Part shown: piece by piece, positions 48,737 through 60,181 of the stretch
Layout: every line of letters begins with the position of its first letter
Position numbering within the stretch: the first letter of the stretch is position 1
Position numbers and translations under genes: made by a program
Notes under the pieces: generated by a model
Database searches by the model: none
The model's input: the letters and a program-made list of their open reading frames with translations, nothing else
Told to the model about the DNA's origin: nothing
NCBI GenBank assembly: GCA_964016885.1
Contig: OZ024742.1
Coordinates: 308,450,001 to 308,514,000, forward strand
Length of the DNA stretch: 64,000 nucleotides
Direction: 5' to 3'
Origin: Eledone cirrhosa
Lineage: Eukaryota

Positions 48737-49348
48737 TAAATCATGTCTTTAGAATCATCAGATATTAAAATATATACTATTTCTTCTTCTAATTAGCATA
48801 ATTAACCATATACAAAATCAAATCTAGCTAGCTTTAGGAATAAATTTTCTTATGGGGAAATCTCTGACAAACAATCGATCGTAGCCTCTTCGCGGCAGCC
48901 CCGTTCAATTATTTATCGAACATTTCGACAGCATGCAGACTTCGACTAAATATATCATCAACCACACACAATTAGTAGTAAAATTAAACTTAGAAGAAAT
49001 GCGCACATACCGTAATTATATCCCTACCATGGTTTCTTCCTTATTTAGGACATCCAAATAATTTGAATTTCCAGAGTTAGTTTCATCAGGGGATAAACTC
49101 AAAATCAGACATTTAGTTTTTCAATCCGATCCCGCCAAATTTAGATTCAAAAATGGCTAAAAATCGCTATGTAGCTGTGTTCCAGCCAGAGAGAAAGAGT
49201 GTGATTGGTTGCTTACGGCGGGTAGGCTTGCTGCTAGAAAGCACAGCCATATATCGCCAAATTTAATCTCAACCAATTGGGAGATTATTAAATATAAAGG
49301 TTATCATATACATAAAATTAAAGATATATATATGTTGCAACTGTTCAC
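48733..49348 (-). mobile_element. Diverged, circularly permuted monomer of the 658-bp retrozyme-like unit
   Basis: Homologous throughout to 44192-44805 and flanked by (TA)n. Its HHR (49019-49095) reads tatccc-CTGATGA...GAAA-CCATGG-TA-gggata. Confidence 0.8.
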
Positions 49349-49906
49349 TATATATATATATACATATATATCATAGGGCGATTGTTTTTTTATATTTATA
49401 TTACAGGACATTAGTTGTTTGTTTGGGGTTTCTTTTGGTAGGTGGGGGGGGGGGGGCATGAAGCCAAAATGATTATAAGTAACTGGCATGGCAATTAGTT
49501 GCGTTTCTTTTTAAGACGCAGTGCCTGGTTGAACTAAGTTTTCATTTATTTCTGTCGCCGTCAATGTTTCATATACTTTCTTATACTTTCTGTCGAATTG
49601 TTTTAAAGCAGTAAAACTTGTCCTAGGAGGTGCCAAGTATATCGATATAGTTGAAGCCATCAAAAATAAATTAGAATAAGTCCAATTCTGAAGCGAATAA
49701 TAAAGTGTCATGAAAGACATTTATTAGACTATAAATATTTTACTGCTATAGTCTATCACTTCTACGCCTAGAAATGCCACATTAAATACTCATATAAACG
49801 GAGTTCAATTAACTTAGTTCACATCAGGTGAAATCAGGAAAGCGCTTACTAGGAATCTATACACACATCCGCATACAGGCGTGTATATATTAATATATAT
49901 ACCTAA

Positions 49907-49939
<33 letters not shown>

Positions 49940-50306
49940 CGTGTGTGTGTGTGCGCGTGTGTGGGTGTGGGTGTGTGGGTGTGTTCATATATTATAAATA
50001 TATGTATATGAAGATAAAGAAAACAATAATTGGTCACTTGTAGTTAGATCAACATATACCAAAATGGATCACCCACCTTCATTCTTAGAATAGATATAGG
50101 TTCTCAAATTATATAGTCATTTAGTTACTGTATTGATTACATAAACCTTTTTAATAGCTTTTATCGGTTTACGCATTCGAGTTTGAAATTCATACAACAC
50201 GAATAACCACATAGAGATATTTTGGTGCACGTTACTGGAAAATTTAATCACTTCTGAAAAATTTAATCACTTCTGAAACTTCTGTACGTTTGATTGTATT
50301 ATATTA

Positions 50307-50815
50307 CCAGCAGCAGTACCCAGCGTTGCCTGTGTAGGTAAAATAATATGTGCTTTGATGACTGCGAGTTTCTTGAAAATCGGTCGTAAGGTGTAGCAAA
50401 TGGCGAAATGTTGAGTGAAATCGTATGGAATATGTGGGAGGTGGAATAAATCGTATTTTGAAGAGTTAAACGGCTGCCACGCCGTCCCTGAACAAAAAAT
50501 GCAAAGTGTAAAGCTACTATAAGATGTGCAATGATAGGTTCTATCGTAGTATAAACGTTGAACCAAATAAATTGATTTATGTGTGAAGTGGAGCTGAAGT
50601 TTCGAATTTGAACGAAATCGGTTGAGAAATGTGGGAGCTAATGATAGGTCGCCATTCCTGAACAAAAGATGCAAAGTGTAAAGCTACTATAAGATGTGCA
50701 ATGATATGTTCTATCGTAGTATAAAAGTTGAACCAAATAAATTGATTTATGTGTGAGGTGGAGCCGAAGTTTCGAAATTGAACGAAATTGGTTGAAAAAT
50801 GTGGGAGCTAGAGCC
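50307..50815 (-). mobile_element. Helitron-like non-autonomous fragment with an internal 171-bp duplication
   Basis: Reverse-complement 3' end ggcaacgctgggtactgctgCTGG|T; duplicated block ~50487-50640 / ~50658-50811. Confidence 0.55.
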
Positions 50816-50819
50816 GAAT

Positions 50820-52230
50820 AGGTGCATATTAAAGGGAAATTGTCTTAGGATATAAATGTAAAAATAGCACTAAGGACTCAACTTATTCATATATAGGATC
50901 TACTTCTAACCAATTTAAAGTAAGATTTAATACCCACAAACATAGTTTTTAAAATTCCGCATTAGCTAATACAATATCCTTGGCTGAAACAATTAATAAT
51001 TATAGAAAAAAGAATACCGATTACAACCTGAGCTGGAGTATGCTCAAAACCCCTTATCAAAATAACAGATATGAGAGTAGATTATGCTCCCAGGAACTTT
51101 TTGAAATAGTTGTTTCTACTTTAGGCACAAGGCCAGCAATTAATCAGTACATTACTGGTACTTTATTTTATCGACCCCGTAATGATGAAAGCAAAGTTAA
51201 CCTCGGCGGGATTTGAACTAATGAAATCTAAGGATATCCTATTAAATAAGCGACAAGAATTAATTATATCTTGCAATCATAGAATTAGAAAAAACTTTCA
51301 AATATTATAAACCTAATTAATATACACCTTAAACTTATATTTTACATATTATTATAATTAGTATTTTAATTTAGTTAACCTATAATTAGTACTTTACTAC
51401 AGAGAACTTCATAATTTTATTTCCCTCTAACAGCTCTATTTTCCTAAAATTAATACCTAAAAGTATACATATAAATTAATTTAATTTCCTGTTATGAATC
51501 TAAATTCCTTGTAGTTTATATAAAATTGGTATCTCTCACTAATACATTTATTCCAAAAATGTTATTTTCCATCGTTTTTAACAACACTCTTTAATAACAT
51601 CTAATTCTTATTTATCACATCCATATGAATTAATATAAATTTATCCCTATAAGTATACTTATCAATCAATTTAATTTCTTGTTATGGATCTAAATTCCTT
51701 GTGTTTTAAATAAGATTGGTATTTCTCACTAACAACTTTACCCTAAAACTTTATTCTCCCTCGGTTTTAACATTAGCATTATTCTTTAATAACATCAAAT
51801 TTTCGTGTACCTTTCACCGGCTTGACCTCTTTTCATCCCCAAAGTATTCTTTTCATTCAAAGTATTCTTTCCATTCAAAACTTAAGTTTGCATTCCTCTA
51901 CCCCTAAATTAAATTTCTACTAATACTATTCTATCAACTTGACCTCTTACTACTTTTCTATTGGTCAATTCAAAACCTGTTCCCAAACAGACCTACTATA
52001 TTAAACCTGTGTTGGGTTTTTCAATAAACAAATATCATTATTTCTGAAGACAGCATATATATGTGAAGGTATGTATATTTCCTCTGATAGTTTTTAAAAT
52101 CTTTACATAGATTTATATTATATACATACCAACACACATATATATCCTAGAAACGATCGTAAAATGATGAATTTTTTAATATAAGGAACTTGTTCTTTGT
52201 TTTTATTCATTGTTTTTATTAATTTATATA
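50820..52230 (+). mobile_element. Decayed Naiad-type PLE 3' fragment (GIY-YIG, UTR, HHR) interrupted by SINE A at 51106-51220
   Basis: CILKGNCL..YKC...YIGSTSNQFKVRFNTHKHSF...LSWS...LCSQELFEI [SINE] MKSKDILLNKRQELIISCNH. Confidence 0.8.
52035..52170 (+). ncRNA. Type-I hammerhead ribozyme with long stem II
   Basis: tcattattt-CTGAAGA-..atatatatgtg...cacatatatat..-GAAA-CGATCG-TA-aaatgatga. 9-bp stem I and palindromic stem III. Confidence 0.8.
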
Positions 52231-52639
52231 TATGTATACATACATTGTATGCAATAACAGAGTATGAGAATAATACAATGATAATATATTAATTTACCGC
52301 CTGAGATATTTGGAAAAGTGTCGTAAAGTTTGGGTCTCTTATCTTTCAACGGAAGAAGCTAAAAGACCTAAAAGAGGGGGTTAAGGAGAGAGAGAAGGAG
52401 AAAGAGAACAGACATGAGAAAAAAAGTAGAGAGGAGAGATATTATGTTTGTAGTCAGCCATATATATATAGTAATAATAATAAATTTGAAGACTAAATTC
52501 CAAAGAGGGCTCGATAAGGATAAATATGTATCAAATATATAAGAACCGTAGAACAAATATTTTAATAAATATATATATAAGGGTGTTTAACTCTAACACA
52601 CTCTAGTATTTTAATTCTTATATATACATATATATATAT

Positions 52640-52751
52640 AGAAGTGGTTACACAACAGTTAGTTCACTGTTGTGTAACAACTTCTACCTAACTCGTCACA
52701 TAGACTGAGTGCTCTATCAATACGGATATTGCCTTCCAGTGTTCTACCACC
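52640..52751. mobile_element. Short hairpin plus tail element (family of 4190-4392)
   Basis: Same start (gaagtggttacacaacagttagttca) and same tail (tacctaactcgtc...ttccagtgtt.taccac), with most of the hairpin absent. Confidence 0.75.
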
Positions 52752-52776
52752 ATATATATATATATATATATATGGT

Positions 52777-52839
<63 letters not shown>

Positions 52840-54254
52840 AGGTAGTGTAACGTGAAGATACTGTAGGTTCCCCCATGTTAACACTCTAGCACTCGATGTT
52901 TAGGTTCACGTCAGTGGCGAGGTGTCATTACAACAACTGAGGTACGAAGAGCTTCTGATTCCAGAGTCGGGCCAGATCGATACAGATCAAACCTTGAGCT
53001 GGTCAATAGTGAAACACAAATGAAATAATCTACTGCAAACGGATGAGAAAACCCCCACCTTGATCACATCAGGTCCCCTCTAAACTTTGACCTTTTCCCT
53101 TGCCTCGCGCCTTGTCTCGTAGTTTAATTCATTGTTCGTCTGAAAACCCATCTTCAGCATGTTAGGGATTGAGACATCCTATACTAGGTCCACATTGTGG
53201 TGATGGTTTACGTAAAGTTCTTCTTAGAATTTCTCTTCGCTTTTTATGAACACCCTGTCATTCTCTGGCAACAAAATCATTAGAGCTCATTTTCTCGCCA
53301 ATCCACACTAATTCTGCATCCAAATATTAGGTCCTTTTAGCTTCCTCTCAATCCTTTGTTTGTTAATTTGGAACTTATAATTGATCTTTAAAATTTTCGA
53401 TTCGATAACTTCTAACACTCTCAATTACCTTAAATATCCCTTTTAAACTTGAACACGGCTATGCAAGTTTTACACCTAATTCATGTGCTATGAAAGGGTG
53501 GTTTTCGTATTTATCTCGGAAAAAATACAGATTTCAACAAAAAATATAGATATTATTGTAAATTCCCGTGGCAAAGCCTGCGGAAGTCTGGGAACTACGG
53601 GAGCAAACAGAAGGCAAGCCATCGAAAACAACACGGAAGTAGCAGATAAGGCATCTAGGTAGCTATGGCTGAAAAGAAGTAACCGGTGGGGTCTGTACTA
53701 TATATGCCTCTCGGAAACAGAGTGATGCTTGATCAACCTTGGTTAGGTGTATGTTGTAAGACATTACAAGCAGTGATTTCAGTATATAACACTGATGAAG
53801 TCTCCAAAGTTTTGAATTCGTGGATGTGTGAACAATTTAAGTAGTGCACGCGATATGATTGTAATGTAATGACAAAAGTGTTATACCTAATACTGAAAAA
53901 TGAAAGTATTATTTGAGAAACAGATATCTATAGATTAACACAAAATACATTTTGCCGAAATTAGAGCAAATTGTAAATAATAGTAAACAAATAGATCTAG
54001 TAATAACAGGCGACAACATAAAAATATACTCCAGCAAAATAGTAAATATATTTTGTAATGACAGACGATGACGTAAATATAAACTCCAGTAAAATACTAA
54101 ATAGATTTAGTATCATCAGACGACATTTAGTAATACCAGACAACGACGTAAATATATATAATAAATTATCCAACTAAAATCACCTTGTTATTTATGATTG
54201 GTGTAGGCAGTTTCGAGTTGAAACACATAACGCAGTGTCTTATCCAAATTTATT

Positions 54255-54638
54255 CTATTGTAGTTTCATTATGATTATAGTCGCGTGGCTGAAACTTGGT
54301 AGAACTTGACTGTATACAATTCTTTCAAAAGGACCGCTTTCGTTTTTCAATGACAAATGTAATCCATTATTCGATTTAACATCAAACCTGGTCTTTGGAT
54401 ATTTGTAGCAGTGATCATTCTTTGACAAGCACTTATCCTCTGTCTTATCTCTGAGAATAAAGTCTGTGCATCCTTCTTGGAAATTATAAGGCATGGCTGA
54501 TGTCCTTCCTCCTCTATCGAAGTCATTTAATAATAACACATAATCTGTGGGTTTGAAATGTGACTTTATACCATAACTCCATAACTGTGTATTTATTGAA
54601 TTCATGGTAACAAGAGACCAGTTACGCAGCCGCTTGAC
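54255..54638 (-). CDS. Candidate terminal coding exon of an unidentified host gene (127 aa)
   Basis: Non-repetitive open frame VKRLRNWSLVTMNS...HATIIIMKLQ* with a protein-like composition, preceded by a possible acceptor tttactatctcaaacAG. Product not recognised. Confidence 0.45.
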   Translation of the reverse strand, partial: VKRLRNWSLVTMNSINTQLWSYGIKSHFKPTDYVLLLNDFDRGGRTSAMPYNFQEGCTDFILRDKTEDKCLSKNDHCYKYPKTRFDVKSNNGLHLSLKNESGPFERIVYSQVLPSFSHATIIIMKLQ

Positions 54639-56568
54639 CTGTTTGAGATAGTAAATATAGCTACTCAACTAAACACTCGCGCATCTCCTAAAAAGAAAGT
54701 TATACATAGGATGTTCTAACCCAAAACACATTATGTCAGAAGAATAAATCCTAATGGCTACGGCCGGAACGTCTTTTGTAGTGAACCTGTTCAAACAAGT
54801 AAATATTTAATTAATATTATACATCTAAATGTTTAATTAATATCATAGCTCTAAAGCAGATATTCTTTTCGTAGAGTAGATAGAGCTGCAACTAGATAGA
54901 GCTGTTCTGGGATTGAAAACCAGAATAAGAGCAATAAGTCTGATATCCGTAAACCAAACATGAGTTACCTGGCATGACTTGAAATTTTTAACTTATTGAG
55001 AGAATAAATCGCCCCAGTAACATTCATTTGTGAATCACAATGAAAAGAGGAAATATTTTGAATCGATTGGAAATTAACTTCAGAGAATTGAATTATCTCA
55101 TTTTTCTTTGTGACTCGCTAACTAATGCACAAAATGATAGAAGAAACGGAATAAAGTTAGGCTAATTTCTTATTAGAGGAAGCCCCGAGTGAAGGTAAAA
55201 CTGGCATATAACCTAATTCCTTATTAAAAGGCTAATAAATGGTAGAGTTACCAGAGAATATAAGACAATTGATTAGAAACGAAATCAATATCTACAGGTG
55301 AATAATTGAGTAATTCTTAAATCTATAACAGAATATTTGATGTTGAACGCTTGTTCCGTTTACATCGTGTGGTATATATGACATTTTTCAATTTGGTAAG
55401 AAATGAGCGTATTACGAAAGACATCCAGTACAAACGTAAATCTCATCCATTTTATGAATAAACTTGAAGCTGACTACAAAGATACAAAGTAAGAAGACTA
55501 ATTAGACGTTTAAATTTTAAACATATCACAAACTCAGTAAGATATTACGAAGTTGTTTCATATTAAGAAACTTGGAATTCTAATACTAAATAGAGAAAGA
55601 CAGAGGTACGAAATTTACACATAAGGAAATTTAAAACCAGGACATAAAGCGCCGCGAATAATGAGCTGTAACAGGAATCAATGAGAGTAATATTTAGGAA
55701 ACAGTTACAAAGAAATAATTATTTCTAGAATTAGCACAAAGCCAGTAATTTTTTTTTTTGGGGGGGGCAACACTCACTATATCGACAAGAGTACTTGACT
55801 GTTTGTCGAGATTTGAACTCAGACGACAAAGAGCCGAAAGAATTGGCGCAAAGAAATTAGCCGCGTTCTGACACTTCTGCCAATCTACTGTCATTAGAAG
55901 AAAGAAATAATGGAATATGTAAGCAATGGTGCTTAATTCTTGTGAAACACTTGAGATAGAACTAGTTTTTATCACGTGGCTCATACATTCACTATACATC
56001 AAAAAAGGTATCATGAGATGTAATATGGAAGGAAAGATAAGTTTAAATAAGAGCAATAGTAATATCCTTATATAAATCATTATATACCGAACGGGATATT
56101 AATAAAGGGAAGGAAGAAGAAGGATTATATTCTAAAAATGAACTGAGCTAGAGAAGTAATAACTTTGTCATACGTAAAATAAGGATGGAATTATTTTAAA
56201 CTGCCGGTTTTTTTTTAAGTTTAAATTAATAATACCGAAGAATGCACGACAGCAGAAAATTCAATATGATAAATGTTTAATAATAACATAGAGGGCTCAT
56301 GCAAATATGAATATCTCAGTATATTGAAATATTAGTGAATGTAGATAAAGGTTGATAAATAGCAGAGTTGTTAAAACGCCCGATAGAATGCGTCACAATA
56401 TTCGTTCCACTTCTGTGCTCTGAGTTCAAATTGCTCCGATGTCAACTTTGCTTTTCATCCTTTTGAAGCCGATAAATAAAATAACAGTCCTGTTCAATAC
56501 CATTACCAATTCTTCCTCTATTTCTATGTCTCTTTATATATATCTCTCTATCTCTCCCACTCTCCCAG

Positions 56569-56631
56569 GAAAAGATCGGCTACGATTACGGCGCCCATAC
56601 GACTCAATTAGTGTTCGTGGCCCCAATAACG
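56569..56631 (+). CDS. Candidate 63-nt internal exon
   Basis: Polypyrimidine acceptor ctctcccactctcccAG, donor cg|GTATGG, GC-rich, length divisible by 3, open in two frames. Confidence 0.3.
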
Positions 56632-57037
56632 GTATGGTATGTATGTAGATAATTAAGTTGCTCCAGAGTAATAAATCAAATAAATCTTTACAGTAAAAGA
56701 TTGATAAACCTATCACTGAAACAAAATCGAAAAGCAAACATCAATTTGAATATTGCTAAAATATCGAATTTTCATTCAGTAGTATTTGTGGAAAGCAAAG
56801 TGAAAGCCTAGCACATTTGATAAATGAATGGATCTTAGATGGAATATGAGAGAAAGTAAGATAATGTCAAACAGATAATTCATTAGGAATTATGTAGAAA
56901 GTATTAATAAGAAGAAACAATATAAGGGGAAATTGTATGAACATGAAACTACCAGGATAAAAGAAAATATCCAGTATCTGAATAATCCGGATTTTAGCTT
57001 ATATATAAATATATATATATAAATATATGTGTGTGTG

Positions 57038-57084
<47 letters not shown>

Positions 57085-57093
57085 ATATATGTA

Positions 57094-57145
<52 letters not shown>

Positions 57146-57146
57146 C

Positions 57147-57205
<59 letters not shown>

Positions 57206-57596
57206 GAGGGGAATGGGTGGGAGAGAAAGAAGAATGCTTGCATTTATAGAAGTGGTTGTTGGTAGGTGATGAGGATGAGGATGATGATGATGAAAGAAAT
57301 ATTACTGTATAAATATATTTGATGTATCATGAATCCAACCTGGACTCTATGGCGAATTAATACTAAATGAATTAATATAAAGTGAATTAATATAAAGAGA
57401 ATTAATACAAGCTAAAAAGGATGCGTTGTTAATCGTATAATCAGAGAGTACACAAAAAACTAAACACATTAACCATCTGAGAAGGAAGCAAAAATACAAA
57501 GAAAATAGGAAAAGGCATCTAAACATGTTCAGCAGCAAAATTTAGGCTCAGAATCCATACTACTACATACACATAGATCAACACGTTATAGTTGTA

Positions 57597-57920
57597 GTGG
57601 CACCTCCTTTATCGGTTACGACGATGAATATTCATGTTGATATGATCAACGCAACCTTGCTCATTAAATTAACTTGCAAATGGTTGAACATTCCACAAAC
57701 TCGCGTAGCTATAACGTTGTTCTCATGGAGATTCAGCGTGACACAATGTGTTACAATGTTGGCCCTTCGAATGACAGCATCAATTCGTTTTTGCCAGCTG
57801 AGTGAATTGGAACAATGTGAAATAAAGTGTCTTGCTCAAGGACACAGCGTGCGGCCGGGAGTCGAACTCACGACCTTACGATTGTGAACCGAATACCCTA
57901 ACCACAAAACCACACGCCTC
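57597..57920 (-). mobile_element. SINE family B, near full length
   Basis: Reverse complement: ggaggcgtgtggttttgtggttagggtattcgg...gagttcgactcccgg...gtgtccttgagcaagacactttatttc. Confidence 0.8.
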
Positions 57921-58279
57921 CACAAATCAACACATTAGAACGCTACTGTACTCCCTGTATATGTATATTGAATTTTCATTCTCATTACTCGAGATTTATC
58001 CCACTGCGATATTCAGACAAGATCGCAGCGGGTTGAAACACGAGCATCGGGAATGAAAATTCAATTTAAACAAAACATATACTCTGCGGTGAGTATTGTG
58101 TGACACTTTCTAAATGATTTCACCGCATATATATATATATCATTACAAAATAGTGAATGACATATATACATATATATTTAATGATATATATGTGCCAGAT
58201 TTATACTTTGAGCTTATTCTTGGGCGATAAGGCGCATGTTCGAGATTATCTCAAACATCACATATATAATTTTAAATGT

Positions 58280-58322
<43 letters not shown>

Positions 58323-58665
58323 AATGTCGGCGTAGTTAGAACATCGGATAAAATACATTGCGGTACTCTTTCCAGCTTTTCTCTGAGGTGAACCTTGCCT
58401 TTCGTCCTTTCGAGGTTGATAAAAAAGGATCAGTTTAGTAATGAGATCGACGATTCATCCTCTGTATTTTTCTCTCTTTCTGTCCTTCTCTGGAAGAAAT
58501 CTGCTTTATTCAGATCTGGAAAGTGGTGGTTTTCATGACACACTGCCCGTACGTCTCCATCGGGAGTTATGGGACAAGAAAAGAGAGGGACAATATATAT
58601 ATATACATATATTACATAGTGTGAGTGGGAGGTACAGAAACTTGTCTTCCATATATATATAAGGA

Positions 58666-58872
58666 ACGATCGACTTTCGTCAAATCGGACCGAGGAAACA
58701 ATGCTTCCATTGGTCTTTCCAATTGCTAGTACTATCTATCGGTCGCAACTCCAGGTAGAAGGAGCAACGTGAAATAAAGTGTCTTGCTCAAGGACATAAC
58801 GCATCGCCCGGTCCGGGGATCGAACTCACCATCTCACGATTGCGAATCCAATTCTCTAACCACTCAGCCACA
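58666..58872 (-). mobile_element. SINE family B in (TA)n
   Basis: Close copy of 14587-14797. Confidence 0.85.
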
Positions 58873-58873
58873 C

Positions 58874-58915
<42 letters not shown>

Positions 58916-59009
58916 TACACACACACACACACACACTAATGGTTATTCATGTTATACATTCGAACCCCCGAACCTATGTGCGAAGCGAACGTCTCAACTG
59001 CACAACAAT

Positions 59010-59212
59010 GTATCAATGTATCAGTAGAGCGTCGGACATTATGCTTTGCAGCATAGAGTTACATCCCTTTACATTCCGAATTCAAATCCCGCCGAGGTTA
59101 CCTTTGCCTTTCATCCTTACGGGGGTGATAAAATAAAGCGCCAATAATACACTTAGGTCGAATTAATCGACTTTCCCCTCCTCCAAAATTACTGGCTTTG
59201 TGCCTATAGTGT
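59010..59212 (+). mobile_element. SINE family A
   Basis: Close relative of 13033-13252. Further decayed copies lie near 27890, 42540, 55720, 56350, 58325, 60620 and 61690. Confidence 0.75.
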
Positions 59213-60149
59213 AAATGCTTATTTTGGTTACAATTTTATGCTTTATTTTCGTCGTTAGGCGTTCATTTTCAGTGAGAGTTATATCCTATAATTTTGGTAA
59301 AGTTAATGTTTAACTGTTTTACCTCCAATATTGTGTCCTTAAGAGCTTAGGTGCATCATTTAGTGGAGTTCCCACTTTTTCAAGTACTAGACTTCTAAAT
59401 CTGTCTTCTACAAAGTTTTTATCTGCATACAGTAACGTGCCTATATACAGATTGGCTGTTTCCCGCCCATAATTACTAACTCATGTTAATTACACCATAT
59501 GTAATCAAGCTAGTGGTTACATATGGCATAATTAACATACATTTAACATCTGTTGAGACAAATAATTTATGATGTTCATTTATTTTTATCGAACATTGTT
59601 AGACAAATGACAATGTCGAATCGAACGTGATATTAAAGTTAGAACGTGAATTCTTCTTCAGTGCACTGGTTCTTCAAATTTTCAATAACGTTCATTATAT
59701 CTTTTGTTACCGATGCTTGTTGCATATACATATAGAGAAAAAAGATAAATGCTGTTGTTGCTATTGGTATTGTAGTATTTTTTTTCTTTACCTCTGTAAA
59801 TGAATAGACTTATTTCGCCTACAGTTTTATTGTTATTCCTCGCTTGCTATATATTTCTATTCCTGAGAAATAAAATATGAGAATAACAAAATTGCAATGT
59901 AAACCTTCAGCTCATACTTCCTATGAAAGAGAGCCATTAATGCCTTTATTGTATGGAAGCAACAACACAAATTAAACGAAAAAACACTAACATGGAACTG
60001 TTAGATTTTTCCCTGTAATACTATCTCTTATTTATTTATTTTTCCAACTCTCACACAAACACAGGCACATCCTGTTCTCCATTTGTCTCCTCCTCTTTCC
60101 CTTTATAAGGTTTTTCCATCCAAATGTCTGCCTCTCTATCTCTACCTAC

Positions 60150-60181
<32 letters not shown>

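Noticed and set aside
55150-55660. Decayed Gag-like region (KPGHKA motif)
   Set aside because: Many stops, knuckle cysteines absent and no LTR or pol evidence; too weak to call.
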